Program-made: the position numbers and the translations under genes
Assembly (NCBI GenBank): GCA_904063045.1
Contig: CAJFCJ010000003.1
Span: 1,240,001-1,304,000, forward strand
DNA length: 64,000 bases
Direction of reading: 5' to 3'
DNA from: Dimorphilus gyrociliatus
Lineage: Eukaryota > Animalia > Annelida
Notes under the pieces: model-generated
What the model was told of the DNA's origin: nothing
Database searches by the model: none
What the model saw: the letters and a program-made list of their open reading frames with translations, nothing else
Shown here: one piece after another, positions 62,437-64,000 of the stretch
How the letters are laid out: each line of letters starts with the position of its first letter
Numbering within the stretch: the stretch's first letter is position 1

Positions 62437-64000
62437 AAAAATAATTAATGACGTAATTTTCAGGGTTGAAATAGGAGTAATTCAAGTCAATAAATAAAAT
62501 TTTCTTGTTTTTTATATATTTAAAAGGATTATAAATAGACCCGAACTGATAAGTGCCTAAAAATTTTTTTTTATTGCTAACTAATCTCTTTGACAACTTA
62601 TCCCTAAATATAAACGTTCTTTTATACGTTTACATAGTAAATAAGCTCAAAAACATACGTCTATAAATTTCACAAATTTACAAGTTGTTAAGCACTAATC
62701 AGATCGAACAAAAGAGACGTTTTTATTAGGTTTTTTATATAATAAAAAAAAAGAGACAGATAAATAGATAGACAGACAGAGAGACAAAATGAGAGAGAAA
62801 GAGTGATATGAGATAAATACTTTATAGAAAGGAAAAGATGAACAAATGAATAAAAAGGAGAAGGAAAAAAGAATGGAAAGAATAAACGACTGAATGAATA
62901 GATACAGTAAATATAAAAAAATTCAATATTTTACTAGTTAAATTGAATGATCACTTCCCGTTCAAACTTCAATATTGTTATCTTGAAACTATAAAATTAT
63001 ACGTAATGTACCTTTCTATATTAATCCTACAACTTAATATAATAAGTGTAAATAAATGTTGTACTTACTATTTTAATCCCTTTCTAAATAAAGAAATAGT
63101 TTTAATCCTCGTTTCTTTTACAGATGCTTCTTCAAAATTTATATAAAAACAAAACTTTTGAAAAAAATGTAAATCAAAAATCCTCAAAAGTTATCAGTAT
63201 TATTAGTATTTTCTTGTAATTTTTTAATTTCCTTTTCCTTCTATCTTTCTCTGTTTTTATTTATCTTAATAAAAACAATTTTTCAACTTTTTTTTCTTTT
63301 TAAAAAAAAAAAGCACAAAAAATATTTTTTATTGATAATTAATGGAGATGACGTCTTCTTCTTTTCTCCCAATTGATTACTAAAGAGGCTATCTTTCTTT
63401 CTTTTTTTGTTATTCCTCTTAAACTTTTCTCGTTTCTTCCTCGTTTACCAAATAAGGAAGAGCTTTATTTGAGATGATAACAAGTATATATATATATATA
63501 TATATGTATACATATACACATATACATTTAAATGTATATATACATAAGAATTTAATTTATTTAGTTAGTTTGGTTAGTTTCTCTTCCTGTTAAATTGATG
63601 CAAAACGCTTTTGCTGACTTATTATTCTTTTAATGCCAAAATACTTAGTAGGTAGAGTTTTTTTTTAGAGAAAAATTGAGAAAATTCTGTCCATTTAACT
63701 TTCTATAATGAAAAGAAAAAAAGTTGTTTACTTCTTCAGGAGTTTATCTTCAGGCTAGTTTCCATTTCCAATTAAAGAGATAAAAGAATTATTCAAATAG
63801 TTTGACAATTAGAGAGAGCTGGAATCAACAGTCTCGTCGCCGAGAGTATAATATTAACGATTCAAAGCATTTTATCACTAACGCCCTCGCACAGGTATGA
63901 TGACTATTATCTTTGAAACTATTATACCGCCACCTATTTTATAAAATCATCTTCTACCGCTTCTACTACGTCGCCATCTAGCGCATAAAGAGATAAAATT

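Noticed and set aside
63810-63894. Possible + strand exon (ESWNQQSRRREYIINDSKHFITNALAQ) ending at a cag/gtatga donor
   Set aside because: It is isolated at the window edge with no partner exon or homology, so it cannot be supported.
1-64000. tRNA, rRNA, CRISPR arrays or intact transposase ORFs
   Set aside because: None recognisable by inspection. The window is eukaryotic protein-coding and intergenic DNA.

Overview
This is AT-rich, intron-containing animal (bilaterian invertebrate) genomic DNA. The many 51-108 nt introns suggest a compact genome such as a miniaturised annelid (inference only). 0.4-20.1 kb holds a cluster of seven intact paralogous single-pass membrane genes plus one pseudogene. 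Each has a signal peptide, a 12-Cys TSP1+EGF head, 6-7 EGF/cbEGF stalk modules, a TM helix and a divergent cytoplasmic tail. Six of the genes form three pairs (A1/A6, A2/A5, A3/A4) whose ectodomain DNA, introns included, is almost identical while heads and/or signalling tails differ. The pairs are nested concentrically around the pseudogene, which resembles a gene-conversion-maintained paired-receptor system. An intronless class A GPCR family is interleaved: two genes lacking the DRY motif, one nested in a CCDC88 intron and one pseudogene in another CCDC88 intron. Next come a 16-exon CCDC88 (Girdin/Daple) gene with a GBA motif and a Daple-type PDZ-binding C-terminus, HAPSTR1 (C16orf72), a head-to-head basigin/neuroplastin gene, and an FMRFamide-receptor-like GPCR in about 20 kb of gene-poor DNA. 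TA microsatellites repeatedly carry TA-CAG/CTG-TA interruptions, the canonical Tc1/Sleeping Beauty excision footprint. All gene models were spliced by hand from GT-AG sites, and each summed exon length is a multiple of three.
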